Shown one piece after another: positions 27,846 through 41,352 of a DNA stretch of 64,000 bases. This DNA is from Harriotta raleighana (Eukaryota): NCBI GenBank assembly GCA_050575255.1, contig JBNZDD010013700.1, positions 62,001 to 126,000 on the forward strand. The letters run 5' to 3'. The position numbers were made by a program, and so were the translations under genes. Each line of letters opens with the position of its first letter. Positions within the stretch are counted from its first letter, which is position 1. The notes beneath the pieces are model-generated. The model did no database searches. It was not told the DNA's origin and saw only the letters and a list, made by a program, of their open reading frames with translations.

Positions 27846-30800
27846 CATTAATAATAATAATCCTTGCATTTGATATAGCACTTTTCATGTCTTCTAGATG
27901 TCTCAAAGCGCTTAACAGAATATACTGTAAAAGGAACTGACTGTTTACTTATGGCCAAAAATATATTTTACCCATTGCCTGTGACACCACAGGGAGAATT
28001 TTAATTGACCAGGTGGCAGGTTCGGGATGGTAGCACAGAAAATGACAGAAGTGAACATTTATGGGCCAACTTAAATGTGCTATATATGTTGTTGTTGTTG
28101 TTTTCCCACCACAATTATTTTTCCATCGCTTTGGGACGTCCTCCTCACGTGAAATGTAATTTTGTTATTGTTGTATTCATAATCAACTGTTCATTCCAAT
28201 TAAATGTGTCTATCGGTTGTGCAATAGACTGATTCGACAGCAATGGTCACACTCACATAGCTTACTCTGAATGGGCAAACTCCACCACTTCCAATCTACT
28301 TCATATGAGGTGGATGCTCCCCATGTAGCAGGCAAAAAATGTTTGTGTTTATATACTGCCCTTCATGCAGGTAGCAGGTAGGAGAAAAAGAAAGGTGAGA
28401 CAGATGGATTGAGCCAAAGAGATCCAAAGATCCAAAGTGGTTGAAAGAACGTTGCCAACTATGGAGCAGAGGGGATGAGGGATTTACAAAAGAAATATGA
28501 CAGTTTAGCGATGTGGCGGGTAGCAGGGTTGATTGTGAGCAAATTGGAGAGATATGGCGAAGCCAGGGTATGAAGAGATTTGAAAGTGAAAATCTTAAAA
28601 TCAATCCTTCTGGCAGCAACTGGGAAGATAGAGATGCAGAGCATAGAACAGGAATCAGGCAGCGGAGTCATTCGGACCTTGTAAATAGTGCAAGTGGGGA
28701 AACCGGTGAGGAGGGAGTGCCTTGGTAAATCAGTCAGTCACTAATGCCGATCTATTCAACCATAACATGTACTTTGTAATATGCTGTTCAACATTCCACA
28801 TCCTCAAATTTCTCTTAGTCTTATATTTAGTCTTAATGATAAGATCACTAACTTGAAATTGAAGACTGCGAGCGCAAATTTAGAATAAATCTTTAATTAC
28901 ATCTAACTTCAGAAGCTGCATTTCTGCAGTTCTCAAAGCTAAGACCAATGAAAAATGTTAAGCTTCAGATATGATAAATTCCATGTTGTTTCAGTAGATA
29001 ACTTAAACTGCACAATATGGATTTTTTTTAAAGGTTAGATTTTTGGAAACTTTGAGTGAACTTTTAGACCTCAAAATTGGCTGACTTCCAGAACATAAGG
29101 TGACACGGAAATCACTTACAAACACCAACTCTAATGTCACTTCCTGCATTGTTTGCCAATCCAAATTAGAAACAGGCAAGACTACACATAAGATACTTTT
29201 GGACTCAAAACTTAAGATGGAACAGAAAACTGCGAGAGTCTTTCAGGCAAACAGCAAAATAAACTTTAAGAAAATGTTCTTGTTGCACACTGCAAAACCC
29301 ACGTGATTTAAACTGTTATTGATTGTTTTCTGGTGCTGGAGAATTACTAAACCAGTACATTCCTAACATTAGAACAAAAAAGAGGAGCTGGGTCGTTAAG
29401 ACACAGAAAAGATGTCCAATGTGAACTTGTTTCATAGGACAACACATTGCTAACTTATTTGAAGGTTGAGCAAATTATGGACTACAACAATATTGGGAGT
29501 GTCACATTTTTATTTGCTATAAGAATGGCAGGCTGACCGACTTTCCACAATGCCTGAAGCCTGAGCTCTACAAATGTAATTTTGTTGCTATTAAAATGTT
29601 GTTAAATGATCCTCTTCAGCTTTTCTCAGTGAATAAACTTGTACAGTTCTTAAAACACCCTGTGACACTGTGTTGCCAGCAGGCATCGTATATTTTTACA
29701 TAATCATAGATGTAAAGCACTTTTTGGAGAGAATAAAACAGACAGCAGGGAAACGGGAACTTTCATTTTCTTTGCGACTTCATTTTGGTCAATTTCCCGC
29801 GTTTACACCTCCCAGCACCCACCTCCAGCTGCAAATTTGCCTTGTATTGTACAAAAAAATCCTTTATTACTCAACTGAATGCCTCATAGAAGTTAAGGCA
29901 ACGCCTGAGCACCACTGCTATAATAACTGGAAAAACAAGCTGAGGAAAAATGACTTGAATGGTTTCATGTAAGAAGCAGGAAGGGGAACAGAATCTCATG
30001 AATAAATGATGACATCCAAAAAAAACATTGTGGTAAAAAGAGATTATTCTCTTGTTGTCTGGACCTATTCACAGGTTTGTAAATGAAAAATGTCTATTCT
30101 TTCCTAACCTATTTTGAAGAAAGCAACAGAATAGTTTGCTTTCACTGAGTTCGCCATCTGATGGTGTGACTCAAAATTAAGGCAAAACTTGAACAGAGAT
30201 AAACGAGTTTCATCTATAGACCAAGGATGCAATCATCCTCTGGTTCAGACACAAGCAACTGAGGTCCCACAAAACGCACACATTCCTTCCGTTCCAGAAC
30301 TTGTACTACCACAAAAGGATCATTTTAAGGTGCCGTGTTAAATGTTCACTCTGCAATGGGCTTGAAATGCTTTTTCAATGATTATTCAAGGAAGATTAGA
30401 GACTTACCACAGAGGCCTGTAAAATGCCTCAGGTGGCAATAAAATGACTTATACATTTTTTATTACACAAAACCTGCAAATGATTCTATTTTTGTCTGAC
30501 AAGCGTATTAAAATAGAACACATTGTTGTAGGTGAATTATAGATATATGTCAAATATGAAGTTGGTTTTCGATCACAGTGTGCCTGACTGGCAAACCTAA
30601 CAACTCAAATTCAAAGTGGGTCCCAAATTCAAATTAAACTGATCCAAAGACTGTTTCTTAATTAAAATAATGCAATTTTAAATAATATACAAACACAGGA
30701 TTTATCATTCTTCCCCATGCCCTAATTTTGTTTCATGATATAACCCTTTGGGCAACATACGAAAACAGCAAGTTATGGCAATTTAAAGATCCCATGTCAG

Positions 30801-31736
30801 TACTCAAAAAGAGAAGAGTTTCTCCCAGTGCTGTGGCAAACAATTCCCAAGATAAATTGATCATTCACTTGATGGGTGTTTGTCTTGACATTGTCAGCAA
30901 ACACAGCAGTCAATTTGTGCACAACTAATATAGAATAACTGCACTTTACAGTTACTCCTGTGAAGCACTTTGAGACATCTCAACAATGTGATAAGGCGTT
31001 ATAATAATATATTACCTAGGTGCCTTCAATCTGTGCACAGGTGCAGTGATCTCCTTACAAGTTTCAATCTAGCATAAGTATTGACCTCTAATCAAACTAG
31101 AGGAGCTAGGGTAACTTGCATGAAGATTAATAATCAATTAAGACAAATTAGAAACGCAAAGGAAGCCAGAGGTACCTGCTTATAAACTGTTGGGAGCCAC
31201 CAGTAAATTTATATCCAAAGAAATACACAAAGAACATGAACACTTAGAATTCGGTGTGCATTATAAAGAATTTTAATACAATTTATTTAAATCTTCTAAT
31301 TCCTCTGAAACCTTGACTGCCAATGGTGGGGCAGAATGGTTGGGAGACATGCAATATGTCTGAATTTTTGGGGTGGAAGGAATCAATGGAGGAGATCTGG
31401 ATACTTTTTACTGTGCTGCTTCAGTTACTTCTATTTTCTCATTATATGGCCTTCCAAGACCATTACAGAGTGCTGTATATCTTCATGGTTTTCAGTCATA
31501 CCATTCAGACTCTTATGATTACAGTTATTTACTTATCAATACCAATCTTCCTTTTGAATACCCAAATTAATTCTGTATCCAGAACCACATTCTCCCAACC
31601 CTTTATGTGAAGGAGTGACTTTCATTAAATTTTGAAGCAATCTAGCTGTTTAAGATCACATGCAATACGAACAAAAGTACAAGAGCATGTGAAAGAAATG
31701 TCACATTGTATTTACATGCAAACAAATGAGGAAATA

Positions 31737-32159
31737 CAGGTAGACCCACTTATCATCGTAGTTTGGGTTTTGAAAAGTGCAATTTTAAGGAAAATGACAT
31801 TAAGCAAATACATTTTTCTCATAAGAATGAATGTAAAAACTAAAGTTAGGTTCTTTTGACCATTTTTTATCAAAATTTTCTTTTTAAAAAAAACATTATA
31901 CTCGCTCCGATTGCCTGCCCGGCTCAGTCACTTGCTCCCTGACTGCCTGCCTGCCCGGATCACTCACTCGCTGCCGGTCTCACTCGCTGCCGTTCTCACT
32001 TGCTGCTGGCCTGGTTGGTCTCACTCACTGCTGGTCTCACTTGCTGCTGGCTGGATCGCCCTCTCACTGCCAGCCTGGCTCACTCCCAGGTCCTAGCGTA
32101 TCAGCAACGTAATAACAAAATAACGTTAACCGAGCCGATGTTAAGCGGGGCTCTACCTG
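31737..32159. mobile_element. Tigger-like MITE, family B, with an internal degenerate CTCACTCGCTGCCGGT-like tandem array
   Basis: TA+CAGGTAGACCCACTTATCATCG ... CGATGTTAAGCGGGGCTCTACCTG+TA. Confidence 0.75.
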
Positions 32160-32314
32160 TAGTTACATGATTTCTTCCTTGATAGAAATCAAATTGTTTT
32201 CAACCTTAACAAGTCAAATGTCCAAAGACTAGGCAGTAATAAGTTGGAATATCATTGCTGCTTTAAGAATTCCAGTTGAACATTTCCACAAGGGTAAAGC
32301 ATAAATTGACTGAC

Positions 32315-32415
32315 CTGAATTTGTACATGCCAGCATCCCATTGCCAGAAACAAATCGTGCCATCTGCCCCTGTGGAAGACAGGAACCTCAAAGAGCCAGT
32401 GCACATTGGCGAGAA
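32315..32415 (-). CDS. PHIP: PHIP exon: [33 protein letters not shown](S)
   Basis: 101 nt, ttcag| acceptor, |GTCAGT donor, phase 0-2. Found by manual translation; not in the ORF track frame. Confidence 0.93.
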
Positions 32416-33782
32416 CTGAAAAACAGGAACATTAAAGGTTTAGCAATGGATAATGCAATACAACATGTGTATATATCGAGAGATGTATCAAGATGAGCCT
32501 CAACAAAAATACACTCAACTACTACAAATGTCTTCCTCCCATGAAAAGATGCAGATGCAGCCTTGTTTTCAGACACTTGCAGTTTACAATATGCTGGTGA
32601 ACATGGCAGAAGGATGGTGAAAAGCTCCCAGTGCACTTGGAAGTACAACCCAGCACCAGTGGAACTTATCCCAAGTTACCTCTTACAGTACTGTAAACAT
32701 AGAAAAGTGGTGACAGCTATTATAGTCTAATTTTAATCCATGAAATAAAAATAATAATAATCCTTGCATTTCATGTAGCGTCTTACCACATTTTCAAAAC
32801 GTCTCAAAGTGCTTCACAGAATCTACTGTTAAGTGTAACGACTGTATAATTTGTGGGCAAAACCGTCGCAGCTAATTGCATTGCAGAGTTTTTTTTAAAA
32901 ACAAGAAACAAAACAACAACAAAATTACACTTGTATAGCACCTTTCACGTCAGGAGGATGTTCCAAGAAAGGGGATATGACACAAAAACATTTGGGTAAT
33001 TGTGTGTGACCCTCCTACCCATGCCCACCATCCTTCCTGATCCCAACCCATACTCAAATCCAAATTCTTGACGTTCCCCCCACGTGAAAGGATTATACAA
33101 TTCTAATTTGGTTCTCTCACTGTTAGGATTGAACAGGACTCACAACTAGGAATGCAAATAAACAGTTTAAGTTAATAAGATCAGCTATTCAATGGAGTTT
33201 ATGGTATGGTTTATTACACGTTTATTACACCCACAAATATACAGTCAATTTTTCCTACTTTCCTTCCCCCGACCCTTCCCCCCGTACTTGACCGTACAGT
33301 GCCTTGGGACGTGCTTAGATGTGGGGGAGGAAAGACAGTTTACAATGAGCCTTGTGGTCATCGCGTGGCTTGTGACCAAAAATTAAAACCTGCTGAATTG
33401 GTGTTGATCTAATAAAGACACCCAAAGAGTAAAGATAGTCATTTGCTTGATTTAAAATGATCAAGGTATTTAAGCATTACCCGGGGCAAGCAAATGAACC
33501 ATTACAGTTGATGAGAGAGTCATATTACCACAATACTTAGACATGCATGGCATCATCTACCAGACAAGCATATGCTCCTGGAAGAATCAACCTGGCACCT
33601 ACTATAGTTTTTTGTGGAGGGAAAAAATTAAATGCTGGCTCCTTATAAACACATTAACTTAAATTCCCTGTAATTCAAAAAGAATAACTTCAGTTAACAT
33701 CTGAACCAAGAAGTAAATACTCCCAGCATTTTACATAAGGGAATACACACGGTCAAGTTTTTTTTGTGTAGAAAACCTGATA

Positions 33783-34727
33783 CAGTAAAAGCCTGTTTAT
33801 CCAGCACCCTCGGGACCTGGCTAATGTTGGTTAAAGAGCATGCCGGATATTCGGTCGAAAATCCGATGCCAAAAACCCAACACAAAAAATTAACTTATTT
33901 TAACGCATACCATATTAATACAGTAAAAGCCTGTTTATCCGTAACCCGATGAACCGAAAAACCCATATAACCAGCACGTAAAAAAAAAGTCTTGATTCGA
34001 TAAACCGGAAGTTATCCGGCAGAATAGTGATGGCGCATTTAATGAATCGATTGTCGCATGCGAGTATTATGGAGGTATGTCGGCTGCCACTAGGACAGCC
34101 TGAAAATCGTGCTGCCATTTTTTTTCCCTCACGCCATTGCAGAAGTATGAAAAATAAAGTGCTAATACAATATTGTTATTAGTGTATTTAGTCTACTATT
34201 TACATGGTACAGTGTACAATATTTACAATAAAGTACCCATACAATATTGTTATTATTTAGTCTATTATTAATATGGTATGTGTTAAAATAATTTTAATTA
34301 AACAAATTAAAAAACGTTTTAACTGGAAAGCCGTTTAACCGGCACTGGCCAGGGCCCGTCGGTGCTGCATAAATGGGCTTTTACTGTAATAGACTAAATA
34401 ATAACAGTTAATAACAGACCTTTGTTATTCACTTGAAAATTAAACCTAATAATCACCTTTGCTGGTGGATGCCTGGTGTGAAGCCATGATGCTGGGGTAC
34501 AGGTGTATCGATAATTTCTACAATGACGGACGCGACGTGAGGGAAAAATACGGCAGCACCACTTTAAGGCACTACTAAAACATTCTGAAACACCGATATG
34601 AGGGGAAAATGCGTCACTGCGATTGTGCCGGATAAGATCCAGTTATTCGAATGGGGACCTTTGTTTTGAGGTGACGGTTATCCGGAAGTTACGGTTGATC
34701 TGGTCACGGATAAACGGGCTTTTACTG
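33783..34727. mobile_element. MITE family A, outer element of a nested pair
   Basis: TA+CAGTAAAAGCCTGTTTATCC ... GGATAAACGGGCTTTTACTG+TA; interrupted at 33921-34386. Confidence 0.88.
33921..34386. mobile_element. MITE family A, inner element in opposite orientation
   Basis: Own TIRs (CAGTAAAAGCCTGTTTAT / ATAAATGGGCTTTTACTG) and a TA duplication. Confidence 0.88.
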
Positions 34728-35666
34728 TACAAGCTTTCCTATTGCCAGTTGCAGAACATAAATCTTAAAGGGCTTCACTTCCCCAACGATATCACAGTTC
34801 CTTATAACATTCCTTCTCCCCGCTAGCAAGATCAGCATGTCACTTTTAAAGAATCAAACAATATATATTGAGATATTTTCCTGTTCAATATTATTTTATG
34901 GTTGTTAAGACATTAAGAAATGCTACTTTATTTTGAAAATCATTAGGCTAACAGACAGACATTCAAAGCCAAAAAGGGTTGAGCAACCACTCACAGTGAG
35001 ATTTTCCAGGGCTAAGTCTCAGCAATTACTGCATTCTTCGGTCATTATTGTACAACTGCAAACAATTGAATTCACCCTGACGGATTTTGGAATTTGTATC
35101 TGTTTCTTGGTATTGTTGCAGTTATGGTTTAAGTGCAGTGAAAGACTGACTACACAGCCTGTTCATTATAAGCAGCTGACCGCTGCATTTCACCAAGGTC
35201 CAGAGTAATTGCAAATTATCATTCTACTGATTAAATGGATTTTAATCAGAAAGCTTGCTAAAATATTTATTCCTAAATTTTGAATGAAGATAGTCAGGAG
35301 AAAGAAAGACTTAAAACACTGCGCAGGCAAAGATCAAGTCATTTCCTTGATTAGTTTCATTTTAACACATGAACAAAGGAAATCTCATGTGAGTAATCTC
35401 AAGTAAGAGATTAAAAATAGGTAAAATACAACTCTGAATATTTAATGACTTTGGCCAGGCTGCGCTAGGTGACTCATTGTTGTTATGTTTAACAAGATCA
35501 ACAAACCTACAAACAAGGATTCGGAAGAGAGAAAGTAAACTGACTGTTCCGATTTAATTATTTTGTACAGGAGAATAGAGAATACGTTGAACAGACTGGG
35601 CAAGGAGATGGAGGCAGTGTTGGGATGGGTAAATTCAAAAGGAAATTGTTCAACAACTCGCATATG

Positions 35667-36365
35667 CAGTTAACCCTCGTCGATCCCAGGGCTTACATTC
35701 CTGGAAAACTGCGCACTCGATAAAATTGCATTGGGTAAGCTTAAGAAGTAATGGGAAAAGGGGGGTTAGTGGAATCCAGTCGCAGGCTACCCACCTCAAG
35801 CAGCAAAGAACCGCTCGGGGCGGTGGGGGTAGCAGAGAGCCATGGGGGGCGCGGGAAGGGGTGGGGGAGTAGAGAGCTGCTTGGGGGCAAGGGTGGAGGA
35901 ACAGAGAGCTGCTTGGGGGCTCCAGCTTTGTTGTCCCTTTATTGCTATAACAAAGCACTAAAGCAATAAAAAGAAAGCAATAAAGCAATAAAAGCACAGC
36001 TAGGCTACATTACTGTTCTCTCTCTCTCTGTCTCTTCTGTTTACCATGCAATGCCATCAAGATGCTCCAAGGCCGGAGAGTTGTCTAAACCTTACCCAAG
36101 AATGCATTGCGCACGAGGCATCATTGGCTTTAGTCGGGATCTGCTGGTTTCATCAGAAGTGCGCATGCGCGCGGGACCAGCCAGTCGAGGAATCATCGGA
36201 TTTAGTCAGGAGCTATCGGCGTTCTCACACGTGCGCATGCATGCGGGGGCCAGCCAGAGTGGATACACAAGTTTTATGTTTGCTGCACAAAAAAGTGATG
36301 CTTTTGTTTAGTTGCGAATACCTGAATTCGCAATCGATAAAGTCACATTTGATGAGGGTTAACTG
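35667..36365. mobile_element. Tigger-like MITE, family C (about 700 bp, GC-rich interior)
   Basis: TIR CAGTTAACCCTC / GAGGGTTAACTG, flanked by TG (left) and TA (right). Confidence 0.78.
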
Positions 36366-37537
36366 TATTTTTACTGCATATAGGATAACAATCTCCAAAG
36401 GATTTTGACAGAGGTAGATGCTGACCAAAGGAGAAGACAGAGAAAGATGGAGGTGACCACAGTCAGGCTTGAAAAGGTAGATTTTCAGGATTTAATTATA
36501 GATATAGAGTGTAAAGGACATCCTCCTGACATGAAAGGAGCTATAGAAGTGTAATTTTGTTGTATTTTGTTGTTGTAAAGCGAACAGATTGAGACAGGAG
36601 TTCAAGACATTTCAGGTGTAGTGGTTGGAGGCTCAGTCACTGAATTGCACAGTAGGCCTGTTAACTAAGTGCAGGAATTGGCAGGGAAGTGGGATATGAG
36701 CAAATCAGAGGTAGGGAGGGGATATGAGGCATGATGGGTTTTGTATGCAACATGAAGAAATAAAGTCAACAATGGTTGAGGATAAATGCAATAGATTTTT
36801 GTTGTCGTTTTTTGGCAATGAATTCAATGAAAGGGTGTTAGATGGAGTAGTTTCAGCTTGCTTGTTCTTTTTGATTTTCTTTCAAGTCAGGACCTGCCAA
36901 ATGGATTGCCTGCATTGGTCTTTACTAGTAATGTATATTCCTCTGCAATGAATGCGCACCACAAACTGAGAATCTCTACGTATTTACAGAATTGTTCAGG
37001 AGAAGCTATATAACCCTGTTTAAATGAAGCCTATAAACTCTGATTATATCAGAATCAACAGCTTGTACAGTTTAAGGATGATTAAGCAAACAGCACACAT
37101 TGAATCAATGCAGAAATGAGAAGAATTGGTCATGCAGGTGTTGGCTTCAGTCCACATTAACAGGGGAAGACATTTGGATAAATTCAATGCAAACAACTTA
37201 AATCAGAATTCGTAACACTGTTGAAGCTTCACGAATTGTTGCACAGGTCACTATGCCAAGTGCTGACAGGAAACTGAAAAATGTAGTTAAACAAGGAAGC
37301 ATAACCTTGCTTTACTGTGTATGAGATCTTACATTCTGTGAACACAGTTCAACTGCTAAACTGCAAATCACGAGGTCATCATCGAAACAGGTGAACATTC
37401 TGAATACTCTAACCCCATATAGAAGTCATGGTGGTGGTGGGGGTTGAAATGTTGTCAAAAAACATAACAGACCTGCAGTGGGTTTCACTCAGACTCTGAA
37501 TCTCTATTAGGAAATCCAGTAAATAATCAGCAGCATC

Positions 37538-37790
37538 TTAATAATAATAATCCTTCCATTTCATATAGCGTTTCTCACATCTTCTAGATGTCTCAAAACA
37601 CTTCACAGAATATATTGTAAAGTGAATTAACTGTACAAAATAATTAATTGCGAAACGCCGCAGCCAATTGCGCACGGCAGTGTCCCCAAAACAGTGATGG
37701 ATTGAAGTAATTATTGGATTTTTTTTGATGAGGGATTATTATTAGGTGTGTGGAGTAAGGAAACTCACCCAAAGTTTCACCCTGCCAGGT
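37538..37790 (-). mobile_element. tRNA-derived SINE
   Basis: Begins (AAT)n-CCTTCCATTT, reverse complement of the family tail and body. Confidence 0.78.
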
Positions 37791-37834
37791 TGAAAGGGAG
37801 CGGTCCGCTAACAGCTTAACATCATTTCTTGGGA

Positions 37835-38270
37835 TAGATCGGATAAGTGGGGAGGGTGTGAAGGCATGAAAGGATTTGAAAATGAGTAAGAGGATCTTAA
37901 AGTTGATCCATTCGGTCAAGCCTGACAAGGAATGGTGTGATAAGGGTATTGAGTTTCATGCAGGGAGCATCCAGGTAGCAGATTAATTTGAATTGGTTGG
38001 ATTTTGTATACGGTGGAGCTGGGAAGACCAGCGAGGAGGGCATTGGAATAGTCCAACTGGGAAGTGACAAAGGTGTGGGCGAGGGTTTTAGCTATGTCGA
38101 TTGTGAGGTACGGATGGAGGCGAGCAATGTGGCAGAGGTGGAAAAAGCAGTCCTGGTCAAGTAACAGATGTAAGGTAGAAATGTAACCTGGGGATCAAAC
38201 CTGAAGCCTAGATTCCGCTCAGGTTCAGAGACTCTGAATGAGAGTCCAGGGAGTTCAGATCAGAGTTCAT
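37835..38270 (-). mobile_element. Old L2 ORF2 fragment
   Basis: Peptide INFKILLLIFKSFH plus decayed FFHL...IARLHPYL...TFVTSQLDYSNALLAGL on the minus strand. Similar relics at about 160-265 (+) and 28460-28660 (-). Confidence 0.75.
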
Positions 38271-40610
38271 AGTGTGGCTTCTCTCTTGCCAATATTAATT
38301 GTAGTAGTTTATTACAGGGTTAAATACCTTCAGTGATTCAGAAGTCTAAATACTGGTAAAATAGTCAATGTTGTATTGACTACAGAAGCACAAAAATGCT
38401 GTTAAAAGTTCCCTCCCCACCAAAAAAAAATGCTCTCCATAGGGTTATTTTTTGCCTTCCCAATTCTTTGCAATCCAAGGGTTAAAAAAAACTTCCAAAA
38501 TATTATCCCTGGTGATATGTGGATCTTTTTAGGGTTACAACAATTTAAGTCATTTCTGATTGTAAATTATTTATTTTATTTCCTTTGCTGGAGGCTGGTG
38601 CTTCGAGAAGTCTCCAGATTGATTTGCTAACAGTGAAAGTGCTAATTGATAGAAAGATTGGTATTGGAATAAAGATTGTTGAACTTGCACTCCATTGATC
38701 AGGTTGCAGTACTGAGTGCATTTCCGAGCACCCCATTATAGAAAGCACATCAAAAGTCAATGAAAAGTTACAATGTAAATTCACACACTTCAAACCAAGA
38801 ATGAGGATGACATTAGGCTTGAAAGCTGGGAATGTTTTCACTGAAACAGAAGTGACTAAATAATCCAAAAAGGGTTGTTAGAAGGAAGAAAAACATATCC
38901 ACGACTGTCTGTTTATTAAAAACAGCAATACAGAAAAAGTGGAGAGATATCAGATAAGCATACATTGCTTCAGTGGGTGAGCTAGCACAAGTACAGACAA
39001 TGGAATAACTTCCTTCTACGCTATAAACTGCCTATGATTCTAGGTCTTCAAAAATTTGAAAGTTTTTGAGGGCATAAATAATGACAGATTATTACAATTT
39101 GGTAGATTGGTAAATGGAATATACTGTATAAACTCGGGATCGGCACTGACAGAGAAGGAGGATAGAAGAAATGTTGTCATGTGGACCGCTTTAATACAAG
39201 TGGTTATTGAAGTTAAGATTGCAATACCATTTAAGAGGAATTGGATAATTATATGAATAGAAATATAAAAGGTCACAGAAGAAACAAGTTTATTGTTCTT
39301 GTGGAGATATTCATACCAGCACAGGCTCGATGAGTGAATGGACACCCCGTGCTTTAATTCTATGAGTCTAGGAGATTGGTGTTTTTTTTAAAAAAAACAT
39401 ACACACAAGCAAGCTTAGTAACAAAATGAATACAATATTTCCCAGCTTTTGCCCATGTGTCCAGTGAAGCCCCAAATGAAAAGGTAACCATTTTACATCC
39501 ATCATCTTCTCTGATTATATTATTCTATCTATACGGAAATCTTCAGTCACATCCACTTATTCAATAAAAAAAATGTTCCCACCCACAAACGACTGAAAAG
39601 ATGCTCAAACCATTTGTGCAGTGCATTTCTGTGAACCTTTTTTTGCAATCAGTGAAAGCTTGGTGCTTGCCTGAATACATAATAATAATCCATCCAAAAA
39701 AAACACAATAAGAAAATTGGTCATTTCAATCCATGACTGTTTGTGGAACACTGCTGTGCACAATTGGCTGCCACATTTCAACCACAAATATACAGTCAAT
39801 TCACTTTACAGTATATTCTGTGAAACGCTTTAAGATGTCGATAAGATGTGAAAAGCGTTATATCAAATGCAAGGATTATTATTACATGAAAATCTTTGAG
39901 ATTACCTGTTCCTCTCAGCAGGAGCGCAAAGTGGACATTAACATTTTATATTAAATCTGTCAAAAAAAAAGGGCCCTCATATGTTAAAACATTTGTGGCT
40001 TCCCGGGCTATTTCAGGAACAGTTGCACAGGAGCAACAGAGTGGAATGATGCCATCAAATGCTGCCGAAATTGCCTAGTGATTACTTCAAAGTAGATAAT
40101 AATAATAATCCTTGCATTTGATATATCGCTTTTCATGTTTTCTAGATGTCTTTTAGATGATCTCTGCTACCTTCTAATACTTACTCTGAAACCATATGTA
40201 CATGTGTAGACGGGACAATGAATTCGCTGAAATCAATAGGTACCAGATATCAGAGGAATGTTCTGTCAGAAGTCATCAATTTAAATTGTAGTTAGTTTAA
40301 CTCTATCTGCCCAATATAAGTTAAGATAACAAAATAAAAAGATCTGACTCTCTCTCGCGCTCTCACTCCCATTTCCCCACATCCCTGTACTCAACATTTC
40401 CTGGACTTTGGAATCTGGGTTTAAGAATCAATCATTGTATATCTAATTCAGTGCTACACTTTTGGAAAGATTTTTTAAAAATCAAAATTTAACAACTTGC
40501 ATAATGCATATGCCAGTGCACAGAAACATTTATGGTCAAAAGCATCTCAGCAGCTCCTTTGCTTAAGCAAGACCATAGTTAGGCTCCACTGACAGCACAT
40601 AGCCTTATTA

Positions 40611-41042
40611 CAGGAAAACCCCGTTTATCTGTGACTCGATGAACCGGAAACCCCATCGAACCGGAACCTCAAAAAAAATCCTGATTCGATATACCGGAAG
40701 TTATCCAGCAGAATAGTGATGACGCATTTAATGAATCGATTGTCGCATGCGAGTACTGGTGCAGGTATATCGGCTGGCTGCTAGTCAAGTCTAAACTCGC
40801 TCCTGCTCCTTTTAAAAGTCACTTTTTTTTTTACCTCCATTGGGTGAGGGCTGCCATTGCGAAGTTAAGTATAAACAATAAAGTACTAATACAATATTCT
40901 GTTATTATTTAGTCTATTATTAATATGCTATGTGTTAAAAAAAAAAAAATCATATTTTTTTTTTAACAAAACGTTCAACCAGAAAACCATTTAACTGCCA
41001 CTGGCCAGGTCCCGTGGGTGTTGGATAAATGAGGTTTTACTG
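40611..41042. mobile_element. MITE family A
   Basis: TA+CAGGAAAACCCCGTTTATC ... GATAAATGAGGTTTTACTG+TA; 64 nt from the splice donor at 41106. Confidence 0.85.
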
Positions 41043-41091
41043 TAGATAGATTTGAAACCAGTGTCTACTTTTCTAGTGAATACCAACATCA

Positions 41092-41352
<261 letters not shown>

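Noticed and set aside
39733-39954. Recurring small ORFs containing IKCKDYYY or TLLCTIGC across the window
   Set aside because: Chance translations of SINE copies with inconsistent frames and stops; not a peptide family.
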